Numbered from the stretch's first letter, positions 1 through 9,326 are shown. The stretch: 33,192 nt of DNA from Spirochaetaceae bacterium (GCA_031257075.1 JAIRPM010000169.1:1-33192); one strand, 5' to 3'. Translations and numbers: made by a program. The notes: generated from the letters alone by a model not told the origin.

Positions 1-370
1 TTGTCCCCTGATTAAACAAATCTATTCCGCCGCCATAATGAGCGTATATTAATTTTTTTAATTCAAGTTCTTTGAAGTTCCGCAAAAAATAGAGCGCAAA
101 CGCCGATGAATTTTTTTCGGCATCATCAACGGCGTCATCGCAGTTGCAAAACACTGTTTTGTCTTTCCAAATACTTTTATCATACATTGAAAGTTCTTTT
201 TCGATGTCTTCATACCGCGTATAAAACTCATCATTATTCGATTTTTGCGCCTTTTGCAATATATCTTTCAGAGATACATTCCGTTCTTCCAATGAGGGCG
301 TTGTTCGTTTTACTATTTTTACCGTCTGATTTTTATCATCTGTTTTTATAAACATTTCTTTTTCAAACAT
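1..370 (-). CDS. N-terminal part of an EcoRI-methylase-family adenine DNA methyltransferase; the gene runs off the left edge
   Basis: It is absent from the ORF track because it has no stop in the window. My reverse-complement translation from the ATG at 370-368 is open to position 2: MFEKEMFIKTDDKNQTVKIVKRTTPSLEERNVSLKDILQKAQKSNNDEFYTRYEDIEKELSMYDKSIWKDKTVFCNCDDAVDDAEKNSSAFALYFLRNFKELELKKLIYAHYGGGIDLFNQGT. The DEFYT..DIEKEL...CNCDD...F.LYF..NF..L.LKKLI pattern matches my recollection of the EcoRI_methylase family N-terminus. GGAG lies 8 nt upstream of the ATG. Confidence 0.55.
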   Translation of the reverse strand, partial: MFEKEMFIKTDDKNQTVKIVKRTTPSLEERNVSLKDILQKAQKSNNDEFYTRYEDIEKELSMYDKSIWKDKTVFCNCDDAVDDAEKNSSAFALYFLRNFKELELKKLIYAHYGGGIDLFNQGT

Positions 371-447
371 TTGAAGGCTCCAGAGAGGCTTGAACTATAT
401 AAATGTATTCTTTTTCCATTTTTGCCATCTTTCAATGGTTTTGGCTC

Positions 448-476
448 ATTATACCTCTGTTTTTTAATGCGTTCAA
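448..476 (-). promoter_or_regulatory. sigma70-type promoter for the methyltransferase gene
   Basis: The minus strand reads TTGAAC (476-471), a 17-nt spacer, then TATAAT (453-448). This lies about 75 nt upstream of the ATG at 370. Confidence 0.55.
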
Positions 477-511
477 GACTGTGTTTTGTGTGGTTTTTTT
501 GAAGAGCCGCT

Positions 512-838
512 TTACTTTTTTAGCCTGTCAAACGCCGAGTCAAACTCATAGGAGACTTTTTTCAAAAATTCAGATTTAACGGCATCAAACACCGTGCCTG
601 CGGCGGCGGGCTTTTCGGTTTGCGCCGCCGTTTCGTCATAAAATAACTGATAGGCTTCAATATCCAAGGCGCGGGCAAGTTTCCCAATAAAGGCAAACGA
701 CGGCTTTCCACTCCCGCTCTCAATCTGCCTTATATAAGAATGCGCGGCATTGCACCGTTCCGCGAGGATTTTTTGAGAAAATCCCCGCGTCCGCCGCCAT
801 TTCTTTACATTGAGAACAAAAAGCCTGTCCAAATCCAT
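512..838 (-). CDS. XRE-family helix-turn-helix transcriptional regulator (108 aa), possibly a controller (C) protein for the downstream methyltransferase
   Basis: The translation has the typical XRE HTH core: RGFSQKILAERCNAAHSYIRQIESGSGKPSFAFIGKLARALDIEAYQLF. It is on the same strand as the methyltransferase start and 141 nt upstream of it. Confidence 0.85.
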   Translation of the reverse strand: MDLDRLFVLNVKKWRRTRGFSQKILAERCNAAHSYIRQIESGSGKPSFAFIGKLARALDIEAYQLFYDETAAQTEKPAAAGTVFDAVKSEFLKKVSYEFDSAFDRLKK

Positions 839-967
839 TTTTGTATTCTATAGGCATCTCTTTTTTATATGAGAGACACTTTACACATACATAAAAATAC
901 GATATGTTCGTTATAGGCGAACTTTATTTGGATATGAAGCCGAAAGTTTGTCGAAAAAGGCCAAAAT

Positions 968-1867
968 ATGGAAGAAAATCAAAACGGCATTTCTGTTATT
1001 ACCTGTTCGGTAAATCCGCACCTGTGCGCTCAAATGGCGGAAAGTGTAAAAAATACGATAGGAACCGCATTTGAGACAATCATTTTTGACAACCGGGAAA
1101 AGAACCTCGGCATTTGCCAAGCCTATAATTACTGCGCGTCAAAAGCCCGGTTTCCTTATTTGTGTTTTGTTCATGAAGATGTAATACTGCCAACGCCCAA
1201 CTGGGGAATGAGTATGGTACGGTTTGCCGAAAGGACGCCGGATTGCGGTGTTATAGGATTTGCCGGCGGAACAACGGCAAAAAAAAATTTTATGAGTTGG
1301 GAATTTGGTCCCAAAGGGCGCTACCGCTATTATGACTCAATGTATGGCGGCAGGGCGCACTCTTTTGACGATTTGAGTTATAAATACAACAATCCCGAAA
1401 ACGAGGAGTTTGCCAAAGTGATTACATTGGACGGGTTGTTTTTGTTTGTGAGCAGTGATGTATGGAAAGAGCGCCCATTTGATGAAAAGCGCATCAAAGG
1501 CTTTCATTTTTATGACGCTGATTTTTCGTTTGGTATAGCGCAAAAGCGGCAAAATTATGTTTGCTTGACGGCGGACATATATCATTTTTCCGGCGGGAAT
1601 CCTGACAGAACATACTTTGAAAATGCCCGGATTTTTCAAAAGAAATGGAAACAATCACTGCCTCAAAACATAGGCAGCCAAAAAATAACTCTGCAGGAGG
1701 AAGTAGATAATGCGTTGTATTTATGTATTCAATCGCTCCGGCAAGGCTTTACATTAAAAGAAAGTATTAGGCATTTGATAGAAATTAACGGTGTATGGTT
1801 CATTTTGCTAATCTGTATGTTAATGCCGGTAAAGATAGTCAAAAAGATAATGAGACTTGCCCGGTAA
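968..1867 (+). CDS. glycosyltransferase, GT2-like (Glyco_tranf_2_5-like)
   Basis: 299-aa ORF. The N-terminus ISVITCSVNP...FDN......AYN and the motifs FVHEDV and LDGLFLFV...FDEK..GFHFYDADF resemble the 'glycosyltransferase like family' fold. It contains an A9 run at 1279-1287. Confidence 0.65.
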   Translation: MEENQNGISVITCSVNPHLCAQMAESVKNTIGTAFETIIFDNREKNLGICQAYNYCASKARFPYLCFVHEDVILPTPNWGMSMVRFAERTPDCGVIGFAGGTTAKKNFMSWEFGPKGRYRYYDSMYGGRAHSFDDLSYKYNNPENEEFAKVITLDGLFLFVSSDVWKERPFDEKRIKGFHFYDADFSFGIAQKRQNYVCLTADIYHFSGGNPDRTYFENARIFQKKWKQSLPQNIGSQKITLQEEVDNALYLCIQSLRQGFTLKESIRHLIEINGVWFILLICMLMPVKIVKKIMRLAR

Positions 1868-1892
1868 CCCGAACACGTCTATAAGAAATTAA

Positions 1893-1928
1893 GGGCTTGC
1901 CAAAGAGCCAATTTAATCAGCGTTGCCC
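1893..1928. repeat. copy A of the dispersed imperfect palindromic element (left arm decayed)
   Basis: GGGCTTGCCAAAGAGCCAATTTAATCAGCGTTGCCC. The right half, AATTTAATCAGCGTTGCCC, is near-identical to the copies at 13587, 28329 (reverse complement) and 9169. Confidence 0.7.
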
Positions 1929-1961
1929 TAAAGAATTTCCCAATTTTGCCGATAATTAATT

Positions 1962-3161
1962 ATGACCTCCAAAGTAACGCTGTTTTGCCGCTATGATAAA
2001 GTCCTATATCATGGCGGTGAGCAGCGTTTTCTTTTGCGCCGGTTAGGGGCGGTTTTTGTATGTGCGCTTGCCTTCCCGCTTTATGCCGCTGACTTTTCTA
2101 CGGGTACCGGAGACCTTTCGATAGGGGTTTCCGACCTTAGGCTTACGCAGGGGGCGGATGGCGGTTATCACCTGTATATCAGAAAAAAACCGGGCATTCG
2201 GTCTATTATGCTCTGTGAAACCACAAGCGACCCTACTATGGCGGAGCCGACGTACGCTTACCGCGCCCTTGAACCTAATCCGGTGAACGGCGATGAAAAA
2301 CGGATGCTTGACGGCAGATTCATAGCGGACGGGAAAAAAAATGTGTACCTTATGGACTCGACGGTTGATTATGTTCAGGCGCTGAGCGCCGAAGTTTTCC
2401 ATATATACATTCCCTATATTATTGTGTACGGTTATCCCGAAGGGCGGCATGGCGAAGTGTATGCGGGCAGCGGCACTTATTTGAACATACGCGCGTTTGC
2501 TAACCCGTACGGCGATTATTCCGGCGGGTTCAAGGACAATCCTTTTGAACTGCAGCCTGTGCAAAACCCGCTTGAAGGCCCTGCCGAACTCAATTATATG
2601 AAAGACGCCGAAGACGCGCTGGGCGCTTTGACGCGTTCAAGCGGCGGCGAACTGCGGAAATCCCGCGTTTCCACCGACCTTACCGCCATTATACGCGATA
2701 TTGTCCGTAAATCAAAAAATGACAACATAGACCTTGTTATAGCGCTTGATACAACATGGAGTATGTCAAAGGATATAGAACAGTTGAGCAAAGATTTGCC
2801 GGCGGCGCTGAGCGAACTGATGCAGGACTATTCAATGCTGCGCGTAGGGTTTGTGTTTTTCCGTGATTACCGCGAGCAGTATTTGACGAGGCCCGTTGAT
2901 TTTTCCAACGATGTAAGGAAAATTCAAACAACATTGAAAAATGTGAGGGCGGCGGGCGGCGGTGATATTCCTGAGGCTATCCATGAAGCGCTCTATGACG
3001 CGGTTACGAAATTAAATTGGCGCGGACTGGACAGGCACATAGTCCTTATTACTGACGCGCCGCCCCACATCCGCCCCCGCGGAAAAATTACCGCGCAAGA
3101 TGCCCTCGGCGCGGCTAAGACCAAAAATATTTATATAAACGCGATATTGCTTCCTCAGTAA
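1962..3161 (+). CDS. secreted von Willebrand factor A (vWA) domain protein with an uncharacterised N-terminal domain of about 240 aa
   Basis: The C-terminal part has a vWA/MIDAS-like pattern: DLVIALDTTWSMS ... VGFVFFRDY ... GGGDIPEAIHEALYDAV ... HIVLITDAPPH. There is a signal-like segment, RRLGAVFVCALAFPLYAAD. The true start may be an internal TTG just before RRLGAV. Confidence 0.75.
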   Translation: MTSKVTLFCRYDKVLYHGGEQRFLLRRLGAVFVCALAFPLYAADFSTGTGDLSIGVSDLRLTQGADGGYHLYIRKKPGIRSIMLCETTSDPTMAEPTYAYRALEPNPVNGDEKRMLDGRFIADGKKNVYLMDSTVDYVQALSAEVFHIYIPYIIVYGYPEGRHGEVYAGSGTYLNIRAFANPYGDYSGGFKDNPFELQPVQNPLEGPAELNYMKDAEDALGALTRSSGGELRKSRVSTDLTAIIRDIVRKSKNDNIDLVIALDTTWSMSKDIEQLSKDLPAALSELMQDYSMLRVGFVFFRDYREQYLTRPVDFSNDVRKIQTTLKNVRAAGGGDIPEAIHEALYDAVTKLNWRGLDRHIVLITDAPPHIRPRGKITAQDALGAAKTKNIYINAILLPQ

Positions 3162-3166
3162 AAATG

Positions 3167-3195
3167 TAGACGGAGTGAACGTGTTGCTGTATACT
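3167..3195 (+). promoter_or_regulatory. promoter abutting the MCP start codon (leaderless candidate)
   Basis: TAGACG (3167-3172), a 17-nt spacer, TATACT (3190-3195), then 7 nt (TCCCGGT) to the ATG at 3203. There is no Shine-Dalgarno. Confidence 0.45.
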
Positions 3196-3202
3196 TCCCG
3201 GT

Positions 3203-5257
3203 ATGGTTCAACAAGTCAAGGCTTTGCCCCCTGTCAAAAGACAGTCTTTTGCCGTACTCATAGTCGGAATGATGGCCGGCGGCGTTATTATCATTACCAC
3301 GCTTGTTTCGGCCTTGTTTTTAACGCGGTTCAGGGCGGTTTCGCTGAGGGCTGTGGAGAGCAGCGTCCGCGAGCAGGTGATGCATCTGCGTACCACCGTA
3401 AGCGCCCGCTGTGCCCAGTGGGCGGGGCTGGTAAAGCAGACTGCTGCCGCCGCCGCGCCTTTTATGGATGCGGACATAGTTGACCAGGATGCCCTGCACA
3501 ATCTTTTTGCCCGGATAAAAGCAACGCAGTCTGACATCGTACTGATTTATTGTTCAGGTAACGGTGTATGGTTTCATGAAGGCGGTTATGCCGTTTTTGA
3601 TACCGATTACCGTCCCAACGAAGACTGGGACAATACGGCGCGCGCGTGGTATAAAGGCGCGAAAGCGAAAAACGGCCAGATTTCATTTGCGCCGCCCTAC
3701 GTTGATGTTGTAACGCAAAAATTAACCACGGCTATTTCTATCAATGTGTATAATCAAGATGGAAATGATATCGGCATTGTGTCGGGCAATGTATCAATAG
3801 GATTTCTTGACGGGATGCTCAAAAACTTTGCTGTGTTTCCCGGGCAAGAAAGTTATTTTATTGACGCAAAAGGCCTGTATGTTACCAACCCTGATGCCGA
3901 GGCAGTGTTAAAAAAAGATTTCTTTGCCGACAAGAATTTTGAATCATACCGGCAGGATGTTTTGACTATGCAGTCAGGTTTTAGCAGGCTTTCGGGTGAT
4001 ACGCTTTTTTATTCCGTTTTTATTCCTGATGTTGACTGGTATCTTGTATCGCTGATTCCGGCAAAACAAATCTTTAAGGAAGTAAACAGTGTCGCGTTTA
4101 CAACCATCGCGTTATGTATCATCGCGGTTATCGTTGTTATTATCATTTCCTATTTTGGGGCGCGTTCGCTTGTTGCGCCGGTCAAAAAAGCGGTTGCGGC
4201 CGCAGCCGCTATTGCCCGCATGGATTTTTCGCGCACATACACAAAAATTCGTCGTGATGAAATCGGCGGTATTCAATATGCGCTGGAAAAGATACGTGAA
4301 AATATGCGCAGCGCGCTGGAAAAAATTAACAGCGAAGCGGAAAAAAATGCCGGCATTGTAAAAGATTTGCATAGCAAAATTGACGCATCGCAGGATGGCT
4401 TTACCGCGATAATAAAAAACATGGAAGCGGTCGGGCTTAAAACAAACAGCCAGCAGGATGCGGTTCATAGCACAGCGGAATCGGTTGACCGCATTGCTCA
4501 TTCTATTGAATCATTAAAAGAAGCGGTCGAAATTCAATCTCAAAATATTATGCGTTCATCGGAAGCGATAGAAGAAGTTGTGCGCCACATTGACAACGTG
4601 CGCTCGATTACCGATGATGCCCGGGAACTAACCAACAAACTTTTCAATTCTACCGGCGAAGGGCGTACAATGCTTACCGAACTTGCGAACGGCCTCTCCG
4701 GGCTTGCAAGCCAGTCGGCCGTGCTGGAGAATGCCAATGCAACGCTGGTGAACATTGCGGCGCAGACCAATCTGCTTGCGATGAATGCCGCCATTGAAGC
4801 GGCGCATGCGGGAGAGGCGGGTAAAGGGTTTGCCGTTGTCGCTTTAGAGGTGCGTAAACTTGCGGAATCGTCAAATAACGAATCGGTATCAATTTCCAAT
4901 GAAATTAAAACAATGCGCACATCTATTATGCGTATTCAAAAGATGTCTGAAAAAACACTTGCGATGATGGAAGGAATGTTTGCCGGCATTACGGGAATGA
5001 ATTTGTCGTTTGACAAGATGAATACCGCTGTTAGTGTTCAAGTAGAGAACGGCGGGCGTGTTTTGAGCGCGCTGGAACTGCTGCGCGCCGCCGCGGCACA
5101 GGTAAGCACCGGCTGTGACGAAATTCGCGGCGAAAGCGGCGTTATTCAAAATGCCATGTTCAAACTGGAAGAAATATCGCGTGAGGTTATAGAAAGCACC
5201 GGAAATGTGCGGGAAACCACCAATGAAATCAGCGCTTCCTTAAACGCGGGGGAATAA
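3203..5257 (+). CDS. methyl-accepting chemotaxis protein with a periplasmic Cache-type sensor, HAMP and MA domains
   Basis: 684 aa with two TM segments (residues about 17-40 and about 297-318). It has Cache-like motifs (WY.GA......FAPPYVD..T..L..AIS) and the highly conserved MCP signalling hairpin [39 protein letters not shown]. Confidence 0.92.
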   Translation: MVQQVKALPPVKRQSFAVLIVGMMAGGVIIITTLVSALFLTRFRAVSLRAVESSVREQVMHLRTTVSARCAQWAGLVKQTAAAAAPFMDADIVDQDALHNLFARIKATQSDIVLIYCSGNGVWFHEGGYAVFDTDYRPNEDWDNTARAWYKGAKAKNGQISFAPPYVDVVTQKLTTAISINVYNQDGNDIGIVSGNVSIGFLDGMLKNFAVFPGQESYFIDAKGLYVTNPDAEAVLKKDFFADKNFESYRQDVLTMQSGFSRLSGDTLFYSVFIPDVDWYLVSLIPAKQIFKEVNSVAFTTIALCIIAVIVVIIISYFGARSLVAPVKKAVAAAAAIARMDFSRTYTKIRRDEIGGIQYALEKIRENMRSALEKINSEAEKNAGIVKDLHSKIDASQDGFTAIIKNMEAVGLKTNSQQDAVHSTAESVDRIAHSIESLKEAVEIQSQNIMRSSEAIEEVVRHIDNVRSITDDARELTNKLFNSTGEGRTMLTELANGLSGLASQSAVLENANATLVNIAAQTNLLAMNAAIEAAHAGEAGKGFAVVALEVRKLAESSNNESVSISNEIKTMRTSIMRIQKMSEKTLAMMEGMFAGITGMNLSFDKMNTAVSVQVENGGRVLSALELLRAAAAQVSTGCDEIRGESGVIQNAMFKLEEISREVIESTGNVRETTNEISASLNAGE

Positions 5258-5337
5258 CACTGATGAGGCTTGGGGCGCGGCCGCCGGTGTTTTATAGTTG
5301 CCCTGTCAAAACTAAAATTGTAGGATAATCTTAACGT

Positions 5338-6219
5338 ATGAAAGTACTTGTTTTTGGTTCTATCAATATTGATATGATTTTTGAGGTAAATCATATTGTG
5401 CGCGAAGGTGAAACAATAGCGGGCGCAGGGCTGCGGCGGAGCGCCGGCGGCAAAGGCGCAAATCAGGCTGCGGCATTGGCGAAAGCCGGTATGGAAACAT
5501 GGATGGCGGGCAAAATAGGCGCGGACGGCGCTTTTTTGCGCGAACTGCTTGAATCCTATCGGGTGAACACCGCATATATACGGAACTATGAAGGTGCGAC
5601 AGGGCAGGCCATTGTTCAATTGGACAGCAAAGGCCAAAACGCCATAGTCTTGTATGCGGGCGGGAATGGCGCGATAAACGCGGGAGAAGTTGAATCAACA
5701 CTGGACGCTTTTGGCGCGGGCGATATCGTCGTGCTTCAAAATGAAATACCGGTAACCGGGCTTATTATGGAAAAAGCATACGAGCGCGGAATAATAATAG
5801 CGTTGAATCCGTCTCCCTTCGATGAACGCGCAAAAGCCCTGCCGCTGAACCGCGCCGGTATGCTTTTTGTCAACGAAATCGAAGGCGCGGCTTTGGCTGC
5901 CGCCGCGCCGGATATCCCCTATCCGGTTTTGCTTGATATGCTTGTCCGGCTTTTTCCGCGTTCTGAAATTATTTTGACCGCCGGGAAAGAAGGGGCGTAC
6001 TATGGCTTTGAAGGGGCGCGTGAAAAAGGCGAAATTGTCAAAGTGCCTGTTGCCGATACAACCGGCGCGGGCGATACTTTTTTGGGATACTTTGTTGCTG
6101 CCCGCGCGCGGGGATTTGCACCTGCCGCCGCGCTTGCCGCCGCCTGTAAAGCGTCGTCCATAGCTGTTTCCCGTCCCGGCGCTATGGAAGCAATACCGCT
6201 GGCTGCTGAAGTTTTTTGA
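5338..6219 (+). CDS. rbsK: ribokinase / PfkB-family sugar kinase
   Basis: It has the N-terminal VFGSINIDM...GGKGANQAAA motif and the C-terminal PfkB signature DTTGAGDTFLGYF. Confidence 0.85.
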   Translation: MKVLVFGSINIDMIFEVNHIVREGETIAGAGLRRSAGGKGANQAAALAKAGMETWMAGKIGADGAFLRELLESYRVNTAYIRNYEGATGQAIVQLDSKGQNAIVLYAGGNGAINAGEVESTLDAFGAGDIVVLQNEIPVTGLIMEKAYERGIIIALNPSPFDERAKALPLNRAGMLFVNEIEGAALAAAAPDIPYPVLLDMLVRLFPRSEIILTAGKEGAYYGFEGAREKGEIVKVPVADTTGAGDTFLGYFVAARARGFAPAAALAAACKASSIAVSRPGAMEAIPLAAEVF

Positions 6220-6222
6220 TAC

Positions 6223-6843
6223 CTATGGGCGTTCTTTCATTTTGCGCTGAAGTTCTCCGGCGCGCGCCGGGGGCATATTGCCGTTCATAAGCCAAACGGA
6301 AACCAGCGAAGCGCTCCCGGATTCTGCGGCTAGTTGTTCAACTTTGCGGAACAAGTCGAGAATGTCCTGGTCATCCATGGTTACAATGATATTCACAGCC
6401 GCATCGGGCGGCATATTGTTGAGCCATAACGCGGTTTGCGTAACGTTACGGTCTTGTATGGCGGCGGCATCTTCTTCGGCTTTGAGCGATTTTTCGCGCT
6501 CATCCAAGCCTTTTTGCCGCTGTTCGAGTTCGGCGGCCATTTGCTCAATTTCGCCTTGCCGCGTAGCCAGGTCGTTTTCAACCTTGTCCAGTTCGGCGCT
6601 GCGCAGGTCATGGGCTTCTATCAAAACAGCAAGCCGTTCAGCGTCCATATTGAGCATTTCGCCCGGCGTGAGCGGAGGCTGGCTGCGGTTGCCCAACTTC
6701 AAAAGGCGATAAACAGGCGCGATTATTGTTTTGATGTCAATTACATTGAGATAATCAAACCAGAGCAGTCCGCCTGCGGCGATTATGATTATCAAAAGAA
6801 GTAAAAGAATCGATTTGATAAGATTATTACCGCGGCTTGCCAT
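6223..6843 (-). CDS. FlbB/MotE-like (MgtE_N-type) flagellar-associated membrane protein
   Basis: It has an N-terminal TM anchor, a central coiled-coil (Glu/Gln/Lys rich), and a C-terminal NMPPDAAVNIIVTMDDQDILDLFRKVEQ...WLMNGNMPPARAGELQRKM. That C-terminus matches my recollection of the spirochaetal FlbB / MotE pattern. Confidence 0.5.
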   Translation of the reverse strand: MASRGNNLIKSILLLLLIIIIAAGGLLWFDYLNVIDIKTIIAPVYRLLKLGNRSQPPLTPGEMLNMDAERLAVLIEAHDLRSAELDKVENDLATRQGEIEQMAAELEQRQKGLDEREKSLKAEEDAAAIQDRNVTQTALWLNNMPPDAAVNIIVTMDDQDILDLFRKVEQLAAESGSASLVSVWLMNGNMPPARAGELQRKMKERP

Positions 6844-6854
6844 GGTTTCCCCGC

Positions 6855-7781
6855 CTATTCCTCATACTCTATCGGAAAAACAGCCCGGTCGCGTGAGAGC
6901 ACCGTTTCTGGAAAGACCGCTTTTGCTTCGGTGAGCAGTTCTTTGAGGTTGTTTTCGTTGTAACGCGGGCTGTAATGAATGAGCGCCAGTTTTTTCACCT
7001 GCGCGCTGCGGGCTATCCGCGCTGCTTGTTCCGAAGTCATATGTTTTTTTTCAACAGCGCTCTCTTCCAAGTCGCGGGTGAACATTCCTTCGCATACAAA
7101 AAAATCCGAACCGCGCACTTCATCCGCAATCTGCGGAAAGTACAACGAATCGGTAACGAACGAGAATTTACGGCCTGCGCGCGGCGGCCCCATCACATCC
7201 GCAGGGGAAACTATGCGCCCATCCGCGGCTTCAACATCCTCGCCATGCTGAAGCCGCGACCAGAGCGGCCCCATCGGCACATTCAGTTCCAATGCCTTCT
7301 CTGGGAAAAATTCGCCGGGACGGTCATATTCTTCCAACGTCCAGCCAAGACAGGGTTTGGTATGGCGCAAATAAAAACAGCGGATATGGAAATCGTCAGT
7401 TTGATATACAACGCCCGGCGAAGATACTTCGCGGACAATAATTTCGTAGTTGATATACATATCCAGCACCTGTTTGCTCGTCTCAATATACTCGGCAATG
7501 CGCGGCGGCCCGTAAATATAGAGCGGTTCATCGCGGTCAACCTGCGAAGAAAGCATAAGAATGCCTGGGATGCCGGTAACATGGTCGGCATGGGTGTGGC
7601 TTACAAAGATAGCGGTGATTTTTTTCCATCGCAGATTAAGCCGGCGCAGACTAACCTGTGTCCCCTCGCCGCCGTCAAACAAAAATAATTCACCCTCCCT
7701 CCGTAACAGTACTGAAGTGAGATGACGGTTCGGCAGAGGCATCATACCGCCGGAACCCAAAATAAACGCTTCAAGGTTCAC
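6855..7781 (-). CDS. rnz: ribonuclease Z (metallo-beta-lactamase fold tRNA 3' endonuclease)
   Basis: FILGSGGMMP...R...S.LL...GELFLFDGGEGTQ and the HxHxDH motif VSHTHADHVTGIPGILML. It has a GTG start at 7781. Confidence 0.9.
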   Translation of the reverse strand: MNLEAFILGSGGMMPLPNRHLTSVLLRREGELFLFDGGEGTQVSLRRLNLRWKKITAIFVSHTHADHVTGIPGILMLSSQVDRDEPLYIYGPPRIAEYIETSKQVLDMYINYEIIVREVSSPGVVYQTDDFHIRCFYLRHTKPCLGWTLEEYDRPGEFFPEKALELNVPMGPLWSRLQHGEDVEAADGRIVSPADVMGPPRAGRKFSFVTDSLYFPQIADEVRGSDFFVCEGMFTRDLEESAVEKKHMTSEQAARIARSAQVKKLALIHYSPRYNENNLKELLTEAKAVFPETVLSRDRAVFPIEYEE

Positions 7782-7787
7782 GTATTC

Positions 7788-7816
7788 AGTTTACCGTACC
7801 TTAAACACGAATTCAA
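7788..7816 (-). promoter_or_regulatory. promoter abutting the rnz start codon (leaderless candidate)
   Basis: The minus strand reads TTGAAT (7816-7811), a 17-nt spacer, TAAACT (7793-7788), then 6 nt to the GTG at 7781. It overlaps the end of the upstream TPR gene. Confidence 0.35.
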
Positions 7817-7819
7817 GGT

Positions 7820-9127
7820 TCACCGTACAAGCGGGCGGGTAACTTCACGATTATGCTGGGCATCAAAATAGTAGGGATTAAGCCGGAGTGCCTGATTGAA
7901 GTCGTTGAGAGCCAAATCAAACTTGCCTAATTGCGCATAGGCTACGCCGCGATTATTGTACGCTATGGTAAATTCCGGCGATGCGCTTATTGCTTGCGTG
8001 AATTCTTCAATAGCATACTCGTAACTTCCCGCATTGTAGAATGTCAGCCCCGCGTTGTTGTGGGCATGCACGTTCTCCATGCCCGGCGCATTTCCCCGGT
8101 TTTGGGTTACTACCATGGGGGCAAGCCTCACGCTGGAAGCCGTTATCTGCGAATTCGCTGTTGCCGCTGCCGGGGCGCGGCGTTCAATTGAGATTCCGCC
8201 CATAATAGGCGGTTCGGTAATCCCCGATTTTGGAGCGCGTTTCCCGACATCGCGCTGCGCGAGCGGCGCTGTAGGGAATTTGGCCGGTTTCACCGGCGCG
8301 GCTGCCGGCGTACTTGATGTGATACGGATAGTTGTTCCATCAACACGCGCTGCGGTTGCCGGCTGCGGATACATAGACGGCGGCAAATAGGCGCTGTCCG
8401 TGCCATAGGCTGTTTCCACAGAACGGGTGCTTACACCGGCATACAAAGGTTTTTGCTGGGTAACCGGCCGCATTGCGCTCCGTGATTCCGCCTCGGCTAT
8501 ATCGTAAGCGGATGCCCGGAGCCTGCCATCCGGCTGAAAACGAGTATCCCGTTCCATAGCAATGGCAACAGGGTCGGATTTTGCCTGTCCTTGGGCTGAC
8601 GGAAATTGAGCCGGCTTCACCGGTGTTGATGACGAGAAAGAAGAAGAGCCTGCTTTTACGCCGGAATTTGATGAACTCCAGTTCTGACCCGGCTGATTGA
8701 GCTGCGGCCTTGCCGTGTTAAAAATATAGTTATTGTAATTAACTCCCTGAGGCGCGAAATCAACCGAAGAAGGTTTTTGATTTTTGTATTTTTGAAGCAG
8801 CGCTTCGCGGTTGTGCTGCGCTTCCGCATATTCAGGATTGAGTTCAAGCGCATGCTCAAAATCAGACATTGCGGAATTAAGTTCGGCGCGGCGTTCAAAT
8901 ACCAAACCGCGGCCGTTAAAGGCCCGTACATCAGTGGGGTCTGTGCCAATAAGCAAATTGTATATTTCAAGCGCTCCGCTCAAATTGCCCTGCAGCAGAT
9001 ATTGCTGAGCGCGTAAATGATAAAATTCTTTGTCGTAGGGCTGTGCGGAAAGCCCGCTTGGGTGCGTGGCAAACGCCGCGTACAGCGCCAATAACGCAAA
9101 GATAAAATGATGTCGTTTTATGTTCAT
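7820..9127 (-). CDS. secreted TPR-repeat protein with a long Ser/Pro/Ala-rich central linker
   Basis: TPR-like repeats occur at both ends (AQQYLLQGNLSGALEIYN..., AFNGRGLVFER..., AYNNRGVAYAQLGKFDLALNDFNQALRLNP). I place the start at the ATG at 9127 (MNIKRHHFIFALLALYAAFA signal peptide), preceded by GGAGGGAGG. The longer track ORF (to 9190) would run through the palindromic element. Confidence 0.8.
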   Translation of the reverse strand: MNIKRHHFIFALLALYAAFATHPSGLSAQPYDKEFYHLRAQQYLLQGNLSGALEIYNLLIGTDPTDVRAFNGRGLVFERRAELNSAMSDFEHALELNPEYAEAQHNREALLQKYKNQKPSSVDFAPQGVNYNNYIFNTARPQLNQPGQNWSSSNSGVKAGSSSFSSSTPVKPAQFPSAQGQAKSDPVAIAMERDTRFQPDGRLRASAYDIAEAESRSAMRPVTQQKPLYAGVSTRSVETAYGTDSAYLPPSMYPQPATAARVDGTTIRITSSTPAAAPVKPAKFPTAPLAQRDVGKRAPKSGITEPPIMGGISIERRAPAAATANSQITASSVRLAPMVVTQNRGNAPGMENVHAHNNAGLTFYNAGSYEYAIEEFTQAISASPEFTIAYNNRGVAYAQLGKFDLALNDFNQALRLNPYYFDAQHNREVTRPLVR

Positions 9128-9168
9128 TGCCTCCCTCCATATCCTGCCTTTAGGCTGAGGATATCCTT

Positions 9169-9207
9169 GGGTAACACTGATTAGAGTCAATGTAATCAGT
9201 GTTGCCC
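9169..9207. repeat. copy B of the dispersed palindromic element
   Basis: GGGTAACACTGATTA-GAGTCAATG-TAATCAGTGTTGCCC. The arms are 15 nt with one mismatch. It lies in the divergent region between the TPR gene and tyrS. Confidence 0.85.
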
Positions 9208-9290
9208 CAGTTATTTTATTTTCGGTTTTTTCGGGGGTGTTTCTTAAGTGCGGTACCGGTTTAATTTATTCTTTCGTGGTATAGCCAGGC

Positions 9291-9319
9291 TGTACATTAC
9301 TCTCTTTCACCGTTATACT
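9291..9319 (+). promoter_or_regulatory. promoter abutting the tyrS start codon (leaderless candidate)
   Basis: TGTACA (9291-9296), a 17-nt spacer, TATACT (9314-9319), then 7 nt to the ATG at 9327. There is no Shine-Dalgarno. Confidence 0.45.
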
Positions 9320-9326
9320 ACTCTCT

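Noticed and set aside
6975-7688. A 237-aa ORF antisense to rnz. Similar long antisense or alternate-frame ORFs occur at 2043..2564, 6278..6712, 18967..19452, 29068..29763 and 5146..5637.
   Set aside because: Each lies entirely within a well-supported gene on the other strand or frame. They are Arg/Cys/Pro-rich with no recognisable motifs, which is typical of shadow ORFs.
9128-9190. N-terminal extensions in the track ORFs: TPR 9128-9190, cbiO 25110-25352, holB 32415-32465, azlD 11008-11070, cvpA 32953-32976, and the ComFB-like gene 16998-17060.
   Set aside because: Internal starts give proper signal peptides or family-typical N-termini with an SD or promoter in place. The extensions run through intergenic repeats or promoters.
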